A stretch of DNA of 64,000 nt, taken from the NCBI GenBank assembly GCA_043228905.1, contig JBHGNT010000010.1, positions 17,298,001 to 17,362,000 on the forward strand, in the 5' to 3' direction. Each line of letters starts with the position of its first letter. The stretch's first letter is position 1. Below, in pieces: positions 1 to 14,700 of the stretch. Origin of the DNA: Azolla caroliniana (lineage: Eukaryota; Plantae; Polypodiophyta). The position numbers and the translations under genes were made by a program. The notes under the pieces are model-generated. The model was not told where the DNA came from, made no database searches, and saw only the letters and a program-made list of their open reading frames with translations.

Positions 1-532
1 CTTAGGGCAGGGTAGGTTGGGGCTAGAGCAGTGGCTCCATTCTCCATGATGCAGCCTTTTGATTGGCGTGAATCAAATGCCATTCTCATGGATGTGATCA
101 GTTGGATACCATCTGAGGCTGCATCCATGAAATTAGTAGTCAGAATTTTCTTCTTACCTGACTGTTTGCCTCAAGGACGTCAGAAACAAAAAAATGTTTG
201 GTACTGTCCAATGATAGTGTTACAATTCTGTATACAGGAGGTTCAACTGTATTTATTTCAGCCTAAGTGTATGCCATTGACTTTTAATTGAAGGTATGTA
301 GTACAGAGCAAGTTCTTATTGCTTTTATCCAACTCATCTTTCTACTTAACCAATTTTCTAAAGATTCTCTTGATTTTCTTTAGATGTGCATAAAACTTCT
401 TAGATGCATTATTTAAAATGTGTCACTCTCATCATATATCTAAGGATAGTATACGGATTTGTCTTAATATATGTTTGATTTACTTGAATTCTCCTGTTTG
501 TGCTGATGCTTCAGTGCTGGGAATTATTACAG

Positions 533-2363
533 GTAATCATGCAGAAAAACACAGGGTATGAATATGCAGTTGACATTTGGAGTCTGGGATGTACTGTTAT
601 TGAGATGGTGACTGGAAAACCTCCATGGAGTGAATATGAAGGGGTAAGTGATATTTTAATGTGGAAATCATCTGCAGTTGAGTGTTGCCATATACATCTA
701 CTAAGCTTTTTACCTGCTTTCTTGTATCATTTCCAGTCTGCAACTGTTATTAGACTGTCTTAATATCTCTTTGCACTATTTTTTTGTTATATCTATCTAT
801 CTATATTGTTATTGTACTATTTTGTATACTGTTGTTTGGTTGCTCAGAGAATCGTTTATAGTAGTAGCACTGTCACAAGAGGTAAAATGCATGTGTAAAA
901 CTGTTGTATTGATTTATTTGTTCCTAATTGATTCAGGTTGCAGCCATGTTTAAGGTTACAAGGGCAGAGACCCCTCCAATACCTGATGGCATCTCCCCTG
1001 AAGGTCAATCCTTTATAAGACTTTGCTTGCAAAAGAATCCTGCGGACCGACCTTCTGCAGCTGCATTGCTTGAACATCCCTTTGTTCAGATCGCAAATGA
1101 TGTTGTTGAGTGCATACATGCAATGGTCACTCCGGATTCCCAAGTAAGTCTTTTATTGTCTCAACATATCCTTTTCAAGGTGTCCAAAAAGTCCTAATAG
1201 GATTATAATATGTAAATGAACCCATAAGTTCATGGGAACTGATCCAAGAAGGCATGTGTTCGCATGCAAAAGCACTATGTACATCTACATAAAAAATGCC
1301 ACATTTAGGCATAGCATGTCAAACATTTAAGATGTTTGAGGCAAGGACACAAAGGAACGTGATCACTACGGGATTGATCATTGCCCAGTGCGTCGTCAGC
1401 CCGATGATTCAACCACATGATGATGTTCCTACATGTTTTTATTCGATATATAGATTTTAGACCTCCACTTTGGGGGACATGTAGTGTTGATGCAAATATA
1501 ATCAATTAAATACAAATGTCCATACCTTCCTTTTCATATCTACTCCTACTTCAAGGCTTACATGCATGTGCACATAAAGCACAATAATTCTCTATGTATA
1601 TTGCTTCAAAAAATGACTCTATCCCTTTTGGTGTTCTAACTTCGCACTGATATGGAACAGGATGTAGGAGAAAGGAGCATGCTGTATGAAACAGAGGGTA
1701 GCTCAAAAGGATCCAGAAGGAATATCAGTCATGGACCATGGAATGCAAGGTAATCAAGCTGTTTCTGTTATGTTTCTATAAAAGATCTAGAAGTATCAAA
1801 TTCGAGTGCATAAATATAATGATACTTTTTTATTAACTAACTTGTGCAGTGATTCATCCTACACTGCTACTCGATCTGGAATGTTCCCATCCATTAGTGC
1901 CCCTGTTTCACCAAAATCCTCAAATCAGCCTTTTGGGGGTTTACTATCTGGTTTTGCAACACCTCCAATAGGTGGTTTAGGGTTTGATTTATCAAGTGGC
2001 CATGGAAATAACTCCAACCTATCCCATCGATCCCGACAAACATCGTATGGAGGAAGACATAACATCTCTTCAGGTTTCCATGTAACAGTTAACAACTCAG
2101 ATTCTTCTCAATGGCAATTTGTTTCTAAGAACCAAACAATGCCGTCACGGAATTATGATTGTTATGCTACAACACCGAGAGAATCACGGATGGAATATGT
2201 TCGCAAGGCGAGTGGAGGAGCTCTTGAAAATATGGATGAACGACTAACACATGAGTTGCTTGAGAGATCACCTCATGTTCACAGCCAAAGATACAGTAAT
2301 CGGCCATGTTCAATAGGCTTGAGACCAATAAACCGTGCGAATAGCCATGATTTTTATTCGTGA
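533..2363 (+). CDS. MAP kinase kinase kinase (MEKK/MAPKKK5-YODA family), 3' exons; 5' end lies outside the window
   Basis: Exons 533-643 ([37 protein letters not shown]), 937-1143 ([28 protein letters not shown]), 1661-1749 and 1850-2363 (Ser-rich tail, TGA). All junctions are GT-AG and phase-compatible. Kinase subdomains IX-XI match plant MEKK-type MAP3Ks. Confidence 0.9.
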
Positions 2364-3835
2364 AAGACTGATTTTGAGTAAGATTGGCTTCATCATATTG
2401 CTCCTACAACAACTGTATACATAGTTGAAAGTGTATAAGATCAACATTTCGGGAAGTGGAAATATTACTACCGGTGTTTACAGTTGAATGACACCGAATG
2501 TCTCCTCTGCGTCTTTGACAAGCAATGACTGGAAGGAGAATACACCCTGAATGGCGAGCAAAATCCCCATGTATTTTTTCTAGTGCAGATTGTATATTGA
2601 ATCCATTAATGACATGTGAGATCTTCTGTGTTAATGCACAGGTTGTATTGTAACATTCACTATAGACAAGATAAAAGAACAAATCCTAGAATATTCAAAC
2701 CTGGCAAGTTGATCCAGAAGTGCTGAATTATCATGTAATGATTACGATCCTTTGTAATATGAGAATAATGATTTTACAAGAAGAAGAGATAGTCACATTC
2801 ATTCTCTCTCATGAATATGAATTTCTTTTTTCTTTCTCTCTCATAGATGTATTATTTTGCATTTTTAGTTTAAAAACCTGGTAAGGCTACCAAAATATAA
2901 GATACTGCGGTATCTTTGTTGTAAACCAACAGTGATCAGCTTGCACGCAAAGTTAACAAGAAAGGCGGGGAACGTACATGCAAAATTAACAAGTAATGCT
3001 CCACCACCACAGTCGAGCTTTATATTCTTTTGATACCTTTTCAAGCATCTAGTAGTCCTCATCAATCAACCTATGTGAAACACCATTTGTCTTCTTCACC
3101 CCGAGGCATGTATTTGTTCCCCCGAGTGCCAATCCACAATGGTTCATCTGAATTAATTGTGGGAACATCTTGTGCAATTATTGGATGCACCCACTTTTGT
3201 CAAGCAGAAGATTAGGGAGGGAAAGAGTCCTAAGCAGTACAATGGGCATGTCAAGGCACACAATCAAAATCAATGGTTGAGAGAATTGCTAAACATCCCA
3301 TTGAATTATAATCTTCCTTTTGGCCACCGGGATATTAAGTAACAAGATGCACGTGCATTGCCATGATGTGAACAAATGTTTCCTGTCACTCTCTATCACA
3401 GACACCATATTGTAAACTTTGTCCAAGATTGAAGATTGGGGGCACCATGTGCTTTGCTAATATTGAGCATACAACAAACTTGCAGTACACGTTGATCCTC
3501 ACGCAGTCATGAGAATGCCGGGCTGTGGATCATATATGCTGGTCATATCCATTGCTCGACTGATGCTTTCCTTTTGGGCATGGCAAGAAAGAACAAAAGG
3601 ATGGATCATGGGCGATCCGATGTGCAATTATGTTGTTTCCAGAGGTTACAACTAAGTTAATCATAGTTCGCCACATTCTGATAAAATGGAAAGGAAAAGG
3701 AGGAGAGGGGCTCAGTAAATCAACACCTTTTTGGAACTTATTGAAATATCTTTTATTACCTCATGGAATCCATTTGTTGGATAGCAGAATAACGAGCGAT
3801 GAGCTGAAACCTTAGGTAGAGATGATAGAGAGGAA

Positions 3836-3974
3836 TATATATTACAGGTTTGATCAACAAAGTACGCAACAGCAAATTAGAAAATGATATCAGATTTACT
3901 TAAAGCAGTATATATAACAGGTTTGATCAACAAAGTAAGCAACAGCAAAATTTAGAAAATTAGATCAGATTTAG
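3836..3974. repeat. Imperfect ~70-bp direct tandem duplication downstream of tRNA-Trp
   Basis: ACAGGTTTGATCAACAAAGTA.GCAACAGCAAA..TTAGAAAAT....TCAGATTTA occurs at ~3844 and ~3917. Confidence 0.8.
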
Positions 3975-4010
3975 TTGACTTTAAGACATTGAAAGTCTGT
4001 TAAAAGAAAC

Positions 4011-4016
4011 AAAAAA
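4011..4016 (-). terminator. Pol III oligo-T terminator of tRNA-Trp
   Basis: T6 on the minus strand ~20 nt downstream of the tRNA 3' end. Confidence 0.7.
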
Positions 4017-4035
4017 CAATTTAATTCATAGATTC

Positions 4036-4107
4036 TGAACCCGACGTGAATCGAACACGCAACCTTCTGATCTGGAGTCAGACGCGCTACCATTGCGCCA
4101 CGGATCC
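4036..4107 (-). tRNA. trnW-CCA: tRNA-Trp (CCA), nuclear/cytosolic type
   Basis: Reverse complement GGATCCGTGGCGCAATGGTAGCGCGTCTGACTCCAGATCAGAAGGTTGCGTGTTCGATTCACGTCGGGTTCA is a 72-nt cloverleaf with A/B boxes and a CCA anticodon. It has an upstream CAA motif and a downstream T-run. Confidence 0.97.
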
Positions 4108-5769
4108 ACTTGATGCAATTGAACATCTTCAGAGTATAATATACTAGTTAAAATATTACTATACGCAATAAACAAAAAAGTAAATTGTAAAACATAAAAC
4201 CATCTACGCATCAAGAAAATTGTTGTGCAGGATGGGTGACAATGTGCTATATTTCTACTAACTATAAATAAATAAACGAAAACACGGACATTCCTTTCCT
4301 AATTCCACTAGAATTACTTTGATACGTTTCTCTACAAAAAAGACTTCCAATTTCAATGGCCAACATACGTCCCCATCCATGCAGTAAAAAGTAAAGCATA
4401 AGTGGTGTCCCATTGGCTAATATCAACTTTAAAAATTGAAAAATGAGGGCAATTCCCACATGAGGGAGCATTTCACGAAAGTTTCATCATAATTGTCAGG
4501 ATTTATAGTTAGCGCATCATCAATTTTTATGCCCAAAATTTCAAATTTCTGTTGGCAAATTTACATCAAGTTCCAAGGATTGGAGAGCCAATATAGAAAT
4601 ACAATTCCATCCATTTAGTTCCCTCTGTGGTAGCTATTTGATGTTTCTTGCAATCCACAACCTTTGAAATACATGCATGAGCAGGAGCACGATGCTCTCT
4701 CACAAACATAGCCTACATTTCTTAAAATTCACAGCTCAATTTTGTCCCTAAAAATTGAAACTAAACTAACTCTGGAATAACACTACTTCAATACAATGAG
4801 CCAAATGATCTAATGCTCCAGAAAATTATACGTTGTATAATGATCCAGATTTATAAAATAAGAATATCTTAATCAATTCATATTCGTGTGTGAAATTACA
4901 ATCATGGTGACACATGCTTTGAATTATTGTTTAATAATCAATGTAATAAATCAAAACGAAAAGATTTCACCAGGGTTCCTGTCCAATCCATATCAGTTTG
5001 CATCATTAAACCACAATCATGGCATAATACATTTGGACCAGCTATCATGTCAGTTTCCAATCCAAAATAATGGTAATATATCAAAACAACTCCAATCTTT
5101 CTTGCGGCACCTGTTATTCATATGTATATCCTATCCGCTGCATAAACCATTACCCAAATATTGTTAGGTTTATTGTCCCGTAAGTTTCCTTCTTTGATCT
5201 TGATGAGTGTACACTTGGTCTCCTGCACAGAAATATAAAACAAAAAATATATAGCTTATTCAAACATTTGGATAAGATTACTTTGAATGTGCATAGTCTA
5301 CAGATATATTACCTTAAGATTACCTACAATAGTATCTCTTAACACCCACTATAGACATAGTTGATTGTTTAGATAATAAAGTTTGAACTGTCTTAGATTA
5401 TCATTAATTACACAACGGCCTACAACAATTAATGAAACTAGAAACACAAAAGAAAACATGTCCTTTAAAATGAGTACAATAATTTTGATTTACATACAAA
5501 AACATATTTGGTTTTGGTCGTCTTTTCTCTATATGTTTTTCGTCTAAAAGTATCACTATCATATATAACTAGAGACTGGTAATCTAAAGAAACGTGAAAG
5601 AATATTTAAGAGCATAAGTCAAAATGAAAATGCACATAATCTATCCTAGGAGCTTATATGTTGAAATTCAATGGACGATTACCAGCAAAAAAAGCTGACA
5701 AAAAGACTGCCTTTCCAAAAATAATCATGTTTTTGCATAACGAAACTCACACTAACCGATTGATGTTAT

Positions 5770-8700
5770 TTAATGAATAGGGATTTTGAAGTCTTTTCGA
5801 ACCCTCCAAAGGTACTCTGCTGCTTCCTTCATATGTGGTCGATCATGTTTCGTTGGTGCAGAGCATTTAAATGCCAACTGAAATATCCTTTCAGCCACAG
5901 TTAGATTCACTTCAGATTGTTCCAATCGAGGGTCCAAAAGACTCGCAATGTCACCCTCCTGGAACTTCATATATGCCTGCATAAAACAGATATGTCGATA
6001 AACCCATCAGATATGTCAACTTAAGCTCTTTCCAGACTATGGCAGACAAAAATGCATATACTTTGGATGTAGCCTGAGGCTCCTTCCACATAACAGATGA
6101 AATTGCATAACTTTGGATGTCAATTTAGGCTATACTATGACAGACGCGATTACATCACTTCAGTTGTCAATCTAGACCCTTTCCATACTATGGCCGATGA
6201 AATTAGGCCCTTTCCACTTAATGGTGGATGAAATTGTATCACTTTGGATGCCAACTTAGGTTATTTCCATACTATGGCAGTAGACATTGCATGACTTTGG
6301 ATCTCAACTTACGCTCTTTTCACACTGGTGAAAAAAAATGTATTGCTTCTGTGAGCTCCTTCATGCACAAGAAAACTTTTTGGTGCCCAACATTTCCCCA
6401 ACACCAGTAATGAGTATTTGTACTATCTCTCATCTCTCTTTTCTTCTTAGACATTATCTATCACTCACAATTGAACATTGGACATTACATTTTCTTGCAT
6501 TGATCTTCAAGATGAAAAATCAGTATAAGCTGTTAATCATTGCCGGGTTTCATTGGCCATTGAGGCATTAATGTCTTTCTTTGAAGTTCATCCTTTCTTT
6601 CTTTCGCCTGGTTCAAGACAAACCCAAGAAAAGAAGGAAATGCCGTTTCTTCAAAAACCTAAGTGAATGGTTTATTTTGAAATACAACCAACTATGGTTG
6701 GATTGACTACATTTTCCCCCTCTACCATAGTGCAAAAATAGACTTAAATACACAACAATGTTATTTAACTTGAGAATATAGAGAACTAACCCATCGTACG
6801 GTAATCTTTTCATCAGTAACCTTATTGTGTTCAATCGGCTTTCTTCCAGTCAATAGCTCAACCAGTAGTACGCCAAAAGCAAATACATCTGATTTGGGAG
6901 TCAGTTTGTAGGTTCTGAAGTATTCTGGATCTAAATACCCAGGTGTTCCTTTCACTTGTGTAACAACATGTGTGGACTCAGGGTCTAGAGAACCAGCTCT
7001 AGAGAATCCAAAATCTGATACTTTTGCCCGAAGATTATCCGCTAAAAGTATATTTGAGGATTTAATATCTCTGTGGATGATTGGTTGTTCTGTCCAAAAA
7101 GGAGAAAAATAGATAAGATGATCAGACAACGACATAAATAGTCAAAAAGATCAAAATACCCCTTGATTCTCGAAAATGTACTACTACAAAGGGGCATTAT
7201 TGTAATTTTTTAAAAACAACGGCCATTCTATCAAATAAGCTAATCATTAGGTTGTTTTCGCTAAAAAATCTTAAAAAGTATTTGACTGCCATATACAGAT
7301 TTCACACATCCCCGTTAAATTAGGATTTGAAGATACTTTATTCGAAGGAAGTCTAGTTCACACACTCTAAGGGATGCAAAAGCATTGCTACTAATGTATA
7401 AATCATAATGCTATCTGGTTATATGATATCCATTCACAAAAGCTAGCAAAATTTGGGCCATTTGATGCCTTCACTGCAATTCCAAATTCTATGAATGCAG
7501 TCATACTAGTTTTTCCCTCAATATGATACAACCTCTTGTATACGTTGTTCATTTGATAGAAAATGCATTTTTCAAGAAATCAGGTGTAGCATTTTGTTGC
7601 AAGAGTCTAGATGAGTGCCTTTATAGGCTCAGAAAACTCCAAAAGTTATTTAATTGAGATGAATTAGCTTATCATGCAATCAAACACCAACCTGCATAAA
7701 CGTGGAGGTATGTCAGAGCATGGGAAACATCAATTGCAATATCCAAGCGAGTAAACAAATCCAAAACCACCCCAAATTCACCTACATCCAGAAACAGGAC
7801 AATTAAAATACAACTACTTAATGCATATCTTAATAAGCATAAACGATTAGTGTGAGCATGTAAAAACACCCATAAGAAGAAAGTAAACAAACATAAACAC
7901 ATATTTGCATCACTGATGACCAAGAATCTACAGCCTAGTTACTGGTGTATGGGTATGAAAGAACGAAAAGTTGAGTTTCTAGCAGTACTGAATCAAAAGG
8001 AAAAGAACATGAACATACAATTGAAAATCGATGTGGGTTATCAGGAAAATTGTAACTCTTAACAAAAATATAATCGATTTGAAATACCTGATAAAAAGGG
8101 CACTTATTAAAGCACAACATACAGCACTCACAATCAAGATGTTGCCGAAGATTTCCATTTGGCACATACTCTTCCACTAGAATCAGTTCATTGCCTTCCT
8201 CTATGTAGCCAATCAATTTCACAAGGCATAGATGATCTATTTTCGCCATAATGTTAACTTCGCTTTGGAATTGTGCGGTCATTCGTGCTTCAATCAAATC
8301 CTGCACCAAACTTATCCAATCACTATGCATTAGAAAGTGCATGCTGTGCAAATGTACTGAATGGATTCTAAACTCCAACACACTAAAGGAAATTGGCAAT
8401 GCTAGAAATAAGAAAGCTTTATTAATGTCTTTTAAGAGGCTAAGTTGCCTATAAGGCCAAACAAGAGATGCAACTTAAAACCTATTGTCCTCTTTGGGAA
8501 CAAACCAAAATAAATATATCTAAACATGGGGTACTAAAGAATCTAGATATTCCAGAACTTAAGATTCTAAACTTAGATAGACTAAAACTTCTGCTTTTAA
8601 AAAGAATCTCTAGCATGACCTCCTCCAAGATGGAGAGATATCCGAAACGAGGGATAATGGCTTATTGTCGATGAGAAGGGCAATGAGGCCATGGTCCAAA

Positions 8701-11700
8701 TGCTCACGGTCTATATGTGTGGCACATTGCTATTGTGTGATCGATTATAACCTCGGAGTGCCTTGGTTGAGATCCCTCTTCTGTAGTCCTTGATTGACTT
8801 GTAGCACAAGGAGTAACGGAACATAAGAAAGCCGTGATTGCACAGTTGATGAGCTGTTGTAGTTGTATTATTGTTGTTGTCCTAGAACAAATTCTCCCTT
8901 GGGGAACTACAATTGCAATTTGCTACTTTCCATGTGCCTACTTGAGGTTCACACCTCACAAAGAATCATTGTATCTACAATTATATGATGATATCATAAG
9001 ATTTGCTACTATGGGGGGCATAACACTATTAGAAGACATCAATGCATGATTAAGGATGAACAAAGAACTATGTTTGACACCAACAAGGCTGGTTATGGAA
9101 AAGTTATGGCAGAAGTGGTTGGTCTAAAGCCAAAATATGTGTGATGTAATGAAATATGGCAAACACTTTCTAGCCTTGGGAAGTGCGCATGGATTTGTGA
9201 TATATAATGGATTGTCACAATATATAATGGACCAGATGCTTTGACATGTCGGAACCCAAAAGGAGCTGCACGCACAGACGATTACCTGATAGGATCTTCA
9301 TCTACTATATCTGAAATAACAGAGTTCATTATATATGGTAGACCTATTGGCTTGGCAGCAGAACATGCATATATATGCTTTGTGGTGAAGGGTGGATGTA
9401 AAAGGAATGTATATGCTAAGAAGGAGAGTGAGCTGGCTAAGTACTAATTTACTTGAGAGACAATGGATGTGTATAGTTGTGGAGTATATGATGGCATGCT
9501 AGATTTAGATCCTTTCAACCCCTAGAATAAGTTACACAAGGACTATCAAAGTCATTGCATAAAGCTGCCAAAAATGCCTTTCCCCACAATGGCCAATGCT
9601 CCCAAACTTGGTAGAGTCATACAAAATAGTTGGTATGATGAGAAATGTTGTGAAACAAGGAGATGCCCACAACGCAAAGTAACTCGGGGTATTTATACAC
9701 AAACAAGCAAGAGCAACCTTACAACAATTCGTGGGGAAGAAGAAGACATTGCATTTAACTAAACTTGAAGATAATTTGTATCGCTTGTTTCTAGGACACA
9801 AAAGTAAAAGAGCATGTAAACTACCACACAAGTGACCTTACCTCAGGAGTGACATGAATATGCAAAGGTACTATATGATATCCTAGGGCAGCCTCCACTT
9901 CCCCACCCACATGGCTCACGCCCAGATGAATCTACCTTTTTTACTCCACAAAATGTAAGAAATGCCATATATCAGTTACAACTTGGGAAGGCCCAGGATC
10001 CTGATGGATTGATAGGTGTGCACTTTACTTTGCTCCCATTGCTAGCAAACATCTTTAATAGAGCTATGTGTGAAGGTTTCCCTACTAGATAGACAGAACA
10101 TACAATTGTGCCAATCCTCAAAAGTGGAGATCCCATGATGCCAAGCAGCTATAGGACAATCATGTTTGGCCATAACTTGGATAAACTATATGGCTCGATC
10201 CTAGAGTCAGAATTGAGTATATGGACAGAGAAAAATGGCTGCCATTCAGCTGGACAGCAGGCTTTCGGAAAGGGTTCTGAACTTTGGATCACATATTGAC
10301 CTCCGAGCCCTTATCGAGGAGTGTAGAGCCCATAATGAGGGGATTTATTGATGCTCTGTGAATTTCCGAAAAGACTTTAAAATTGTGGCACGCGCTCGGC
10401 TTATGCAATAGCAGAAGCCCTCGGTGTGCCTGTAGATATGCAATGGGGAATCTATGCACTGTCTGAATCTGTGTCAGGAAAAATGCTGTCTCCCAATGGT
10501 TTGTGAGAGGCTGTGGCTAGCACAAGTGGAATAAAACAAGGATGCCAACTATCACTCATTCTCTTCAGTCTCTATAGAGATGAGGTATCACATTACATCA
10601 TAAAGAAATTTGGGGGTTTGGAAGCATGCTTAGTGGGTATAGCTATACAAATATTACTATATGCTAATGATATTGTGCTGATTTCTGACTCTCCAGAGGG
10701 ACTACAAAGATATTTGAAGGCCTTAAAAGTATTTTGTTGGGACACAGGTTTGTTGACAAACATGGATAAAACTAAAGTAATGGAGTTTAACCCACTCAAG
10801 CATGGGTAACAAGATTAGAAGGAGAATTCTTCTTGGGAGAGGAAAAGTGGCCTGCACACGCTCCTAAACATACCTAGGAGTAACATTTACAAGGCCTAGG
10901 TTCTCCTTACAGAAGGCTGCTTGTGTCAGACTTTCTCATGGATATTCAGCCCTTGGTGCTCTCAAAAGACAATGTGCACATTTGCAGTTCCAAGAGCCAC
11001 GGACTAAATGTTGCCATTCAATACGCTTGACACACCAAGTTTTCTCTATGGAGTGGAAACCTAGGTACCGAGTCTTAACAAGGCAAATAACTGGAAAGAT
11101 TTAGAGACCTTTCATGTGAATGATTGCATGATAAGGAGCAAAGCAACAGTGCCCCATGATATAATTCGAGCAAAGATGGAGGCATCATTCTGATCAGTGA
11201 CCAATATCCATCAACTTTGTGAGATACCTAAACCAAGGTACTCAAAGTTGGCACTTGTGTCATCAAAACAACTTGCTAAACATAGATATTCATTGTTGAT
11301 ATCCTGAAACACAACAATAATTTGAGTCACTTGGCATTAACATAAATGCACTATCCTGACTCCAATATAGCTTGGATTGTCCCCATCTAAGCATGCAAAG
11401 TAGAAAAGAATAGAGTGATCTGAACTGATATTACCAATTTGGAAAACAAAATAAAATGGATCAGCCCCACATCTCCTTGTAGAAAGACAGCCCACTATAA
11501 GACCATCTTATATGGACATCAGTGGATACATTCATCATCAGGCCCTCTTATATGGACATACATCTATCAAATGCATTGTGCAATGTAATAGGGCAGTGGC
11601 TAACTTCTTCACATCAGTTAAAGATTGAGGTATGTAGATATGCACTAATATCTCTAGAGAATTTGCCAATTGTGTAATCATGGAGTGGAATCTGAAGAGC

Positions 11701-14700
11701 ACTATGTTTGTCATTGTGTTATATTTTATGAAATAAGGGGGAGAGATCATTGCCTCTTTAAGCAAGACTTCAGTCCACTATGCAAGGTAATGGAATATGA
11801 GGACCAACAGTGTTTGGGGCTTTTCTTGCTAGAGCTGAAGAGATAAAGAGAGAAGTTGTTGATGGACAACACAGCCACATAACCTCATAAACAAAGAATG
11901 ATCATTGTTTCCTTTAGCCTCATCAATCCTACTCATGCTATAATCAATCAAGGGCTACACAAATGGGATCCCAAGTAGCAGAAGGGGTTACAATAGGTCG
12001 AGCAAAAGCAACTTATCGTAGGCCCTGGCCTCATCGACCACAATCTCACCACCGATTTTAGAATCATGACAATATCTACAATATGATCTTGGAAGATAAA
12101 TTCTCTAATCAAGTAACGGTATACCAATTTCAAAATCATACTTTTTATAGGGTTTGGCCTTACAAATGGAAAACACTCGTAAAGGGGCCACAAAGTCCAA
12201 GAGTACGATTGATAATGAGCCAAAATCACCGACGACTCTCAATCTCAATGCAACAACTTCAAACATGAAGGAAGCATTGCTTATGACTCATTTACTTTCT
12301 TTACAAGAAACCATAAACAAGCAAAATGAAGGGATTAGGACATCCAAGCGGGAGAATGTGAAACTACAAGCTTTGTTGTTGAGATAGGGATTCTTAAGAA
12401 AATGGTTGCACAGCCTGAATATGAGGTTAGAGAATGTAAGTAAGCTTGGTTGGAAACAAATGCGCATTTCAACAAGATTGAGTTAAATAAAGCATTAAAG
12501 GAGGAAAAAATGGACATAATGAAGTAGGATGTGACTAAAAAAATGACAAAGTCATGGGCCAATGTATGTGGAGGTGATGTTTTCTCTATCTTGCCTATCA
12601 TGCATGTGATAAATCAAGGAAAGAATGTGAAAAGTATAAATACGCAAGATTTGAAAGAAATTGGACAACAATCAATGAATTTTTCATCCATGGGATCAAA
12701 GAGAAGAGTTTGGAAACACCTGTATCACTTGGAATGGTCATCGGAGAATTATTTTGTATGTATTATGGCATGTCAAATATGAACATGCATGGGGTTCATT
12801 GAGCTGGGATATTTGTTTGGGAGAAAGTCCTATTGTATACACAATGGACAATAATATAACGACAAGATTGTACTAAAAAATAGTTGGCTGTACCTCAAAG
12901 GTACATAATACTTTGTGAGTGAAGATTGTACCATTTCACAATAAAATGCCTGTCGTAATGCATAAGAAGAAAATGGAAAAGTACGGTTAAGGGTGTCTTC
13001 GAAGATTGAAAAAAATAGACAAATAGGGACACATGAACCAAGGGACTGTTGGAGGGTGGCAGCTCCAGCCCTGCACTCTCTTTCATATTTATTATCTTTG
13101 TACTACATTCTCTCTTTTCTCAGATTCTTCTCTCTCTAGAATCTGCAACTCTTTAAATGCCTTCTCTCTCTAGAATCTGCAATGCTTTAAATGCCTTTTC
13201 TCTCTTCTACCTTTTCCAAGATATTCCTAGTTTTTTGTACCTGTTTGGTAGTACAAGAGTCACTTAACTACCAAACAGCCATTTCACCCACATTCCCCAA
13301 TTTTGTATAAATAGGCTATACCAGCCTCTTTTGTATAAGTTTTCATTTTCTTTTTTGCTACTTAAAACAAGCTCTATTCCTTGGCTGTGTCTCTACTCTT
13401 TGCAACCATTTTTTCTACTGCTGTCTAACAGCCTTCTCACAGCTTGGCTGTGCCTATTTTGTTTTAAGTCGTCCGCTGCTGCTATTAACAGCTTTTCTCA
13501 CATGGTATCAGAGCAGTGAGGTCTCCATATCCTCAGCCTGATTTTTTTTTGCCAAAGAGCACACAGACCTATCTTCTTTTATCCCTCCCTCCCAACCCTA
13601 CAGAGGAGGCTCTTCTGTTTTCTTTTCCCCTTATCTGAGCCTCACCTAGCATCTAGGGAGAAGTAGAAAGACCCTGAGTATCTACTTACAACTGCTGTAA
13701 ATTGTCCAGCTGTAGCTCAAGAGGAGGATATCCATGGCCTCACATGCCACCATTGTTTCATCAACCATTCCCCAACTCCCCAAAGAATCCATCTTGGATG
13801 GGAACAATTACTTGGATTGGGAGCTACAAATAAAGACCTTGCTACAATACCATCGTTTATGGAATGTAGTCAATGGTAGTGACAAGAAACCACCAGTAAC
13901 TTCATCCTCTTCAACCAAATCAGTTGCTGGCTCATCTAACGCTGAGATTGAAGCTTGGCTAGATAAGGATTCTCGTGCTCATGCTTTCCTCATGTTTAAT
14001 ATTAAACCGAGCATTGCTCGTCAATTTCAAGATAAAGATGACGAGACAGCCAATGAACTATGGACAGCCATCAAAAGGAGGTATCATCGAGCTAATCATG
14101 CTCAAATGATAGCTATTGAAAGCCAACTAGCAAATCTCAAGATTCATGACACTCCCAACATCATGGATCAAATAACGGAATTTGTCACTCTCCAAAAGGA
14201 ACTAGTTTCTTTGGGAAGCAAGTCCACTGAAGTTGAGTTTGTGCATCGTCTAATGATAAAGTTGCCTGAGTCATTCTCAGCCTTTTGTGACACCATTTCT
14301 CTTCTTCCCAACACACCTGACATGAATACATTTCTTGGTATGCTACAAGATAGGGCAACAAGGAAGAAAAGTGCTCAAACTTCCAATGAGACGCTTCTAC
14401 ATGCGACAAGTAAAGGCAAGTGGAAGCAAAATGGTAACTCCTACAACAAACCCAATCCAAGACCGCCAAACAACCCAGCTTACAAGGAGCTCACTTGTCA
14501 TTATTGTGGCTACAAAGGTCACATTCAGCCAGATTGTCGGAAAAAGAAAAGGGACAATGCTAAGAACTCTTCTTCTACCAGAAATCAACCTACACCGAAA
14601 TCCAACTCGGCCCACTCAGCCAAAGAAACAGTTTTCCTTGGCATTGAGGAACATACTTCACATTTGGCTGGACCAACTACTTCAACCATCGATGAGTGGT

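Noticed and set aside
2865-3830. Short ORFs downstream of the MAP3K
   Set aside because: No recognisable domain; every frame is interrupted.
13125-13200. Heat-shock elements in the copia LTR tandem repeat
   Set aside because: The TTC and GAA triplets are not spaced as nGAAnnTTCn arrays.
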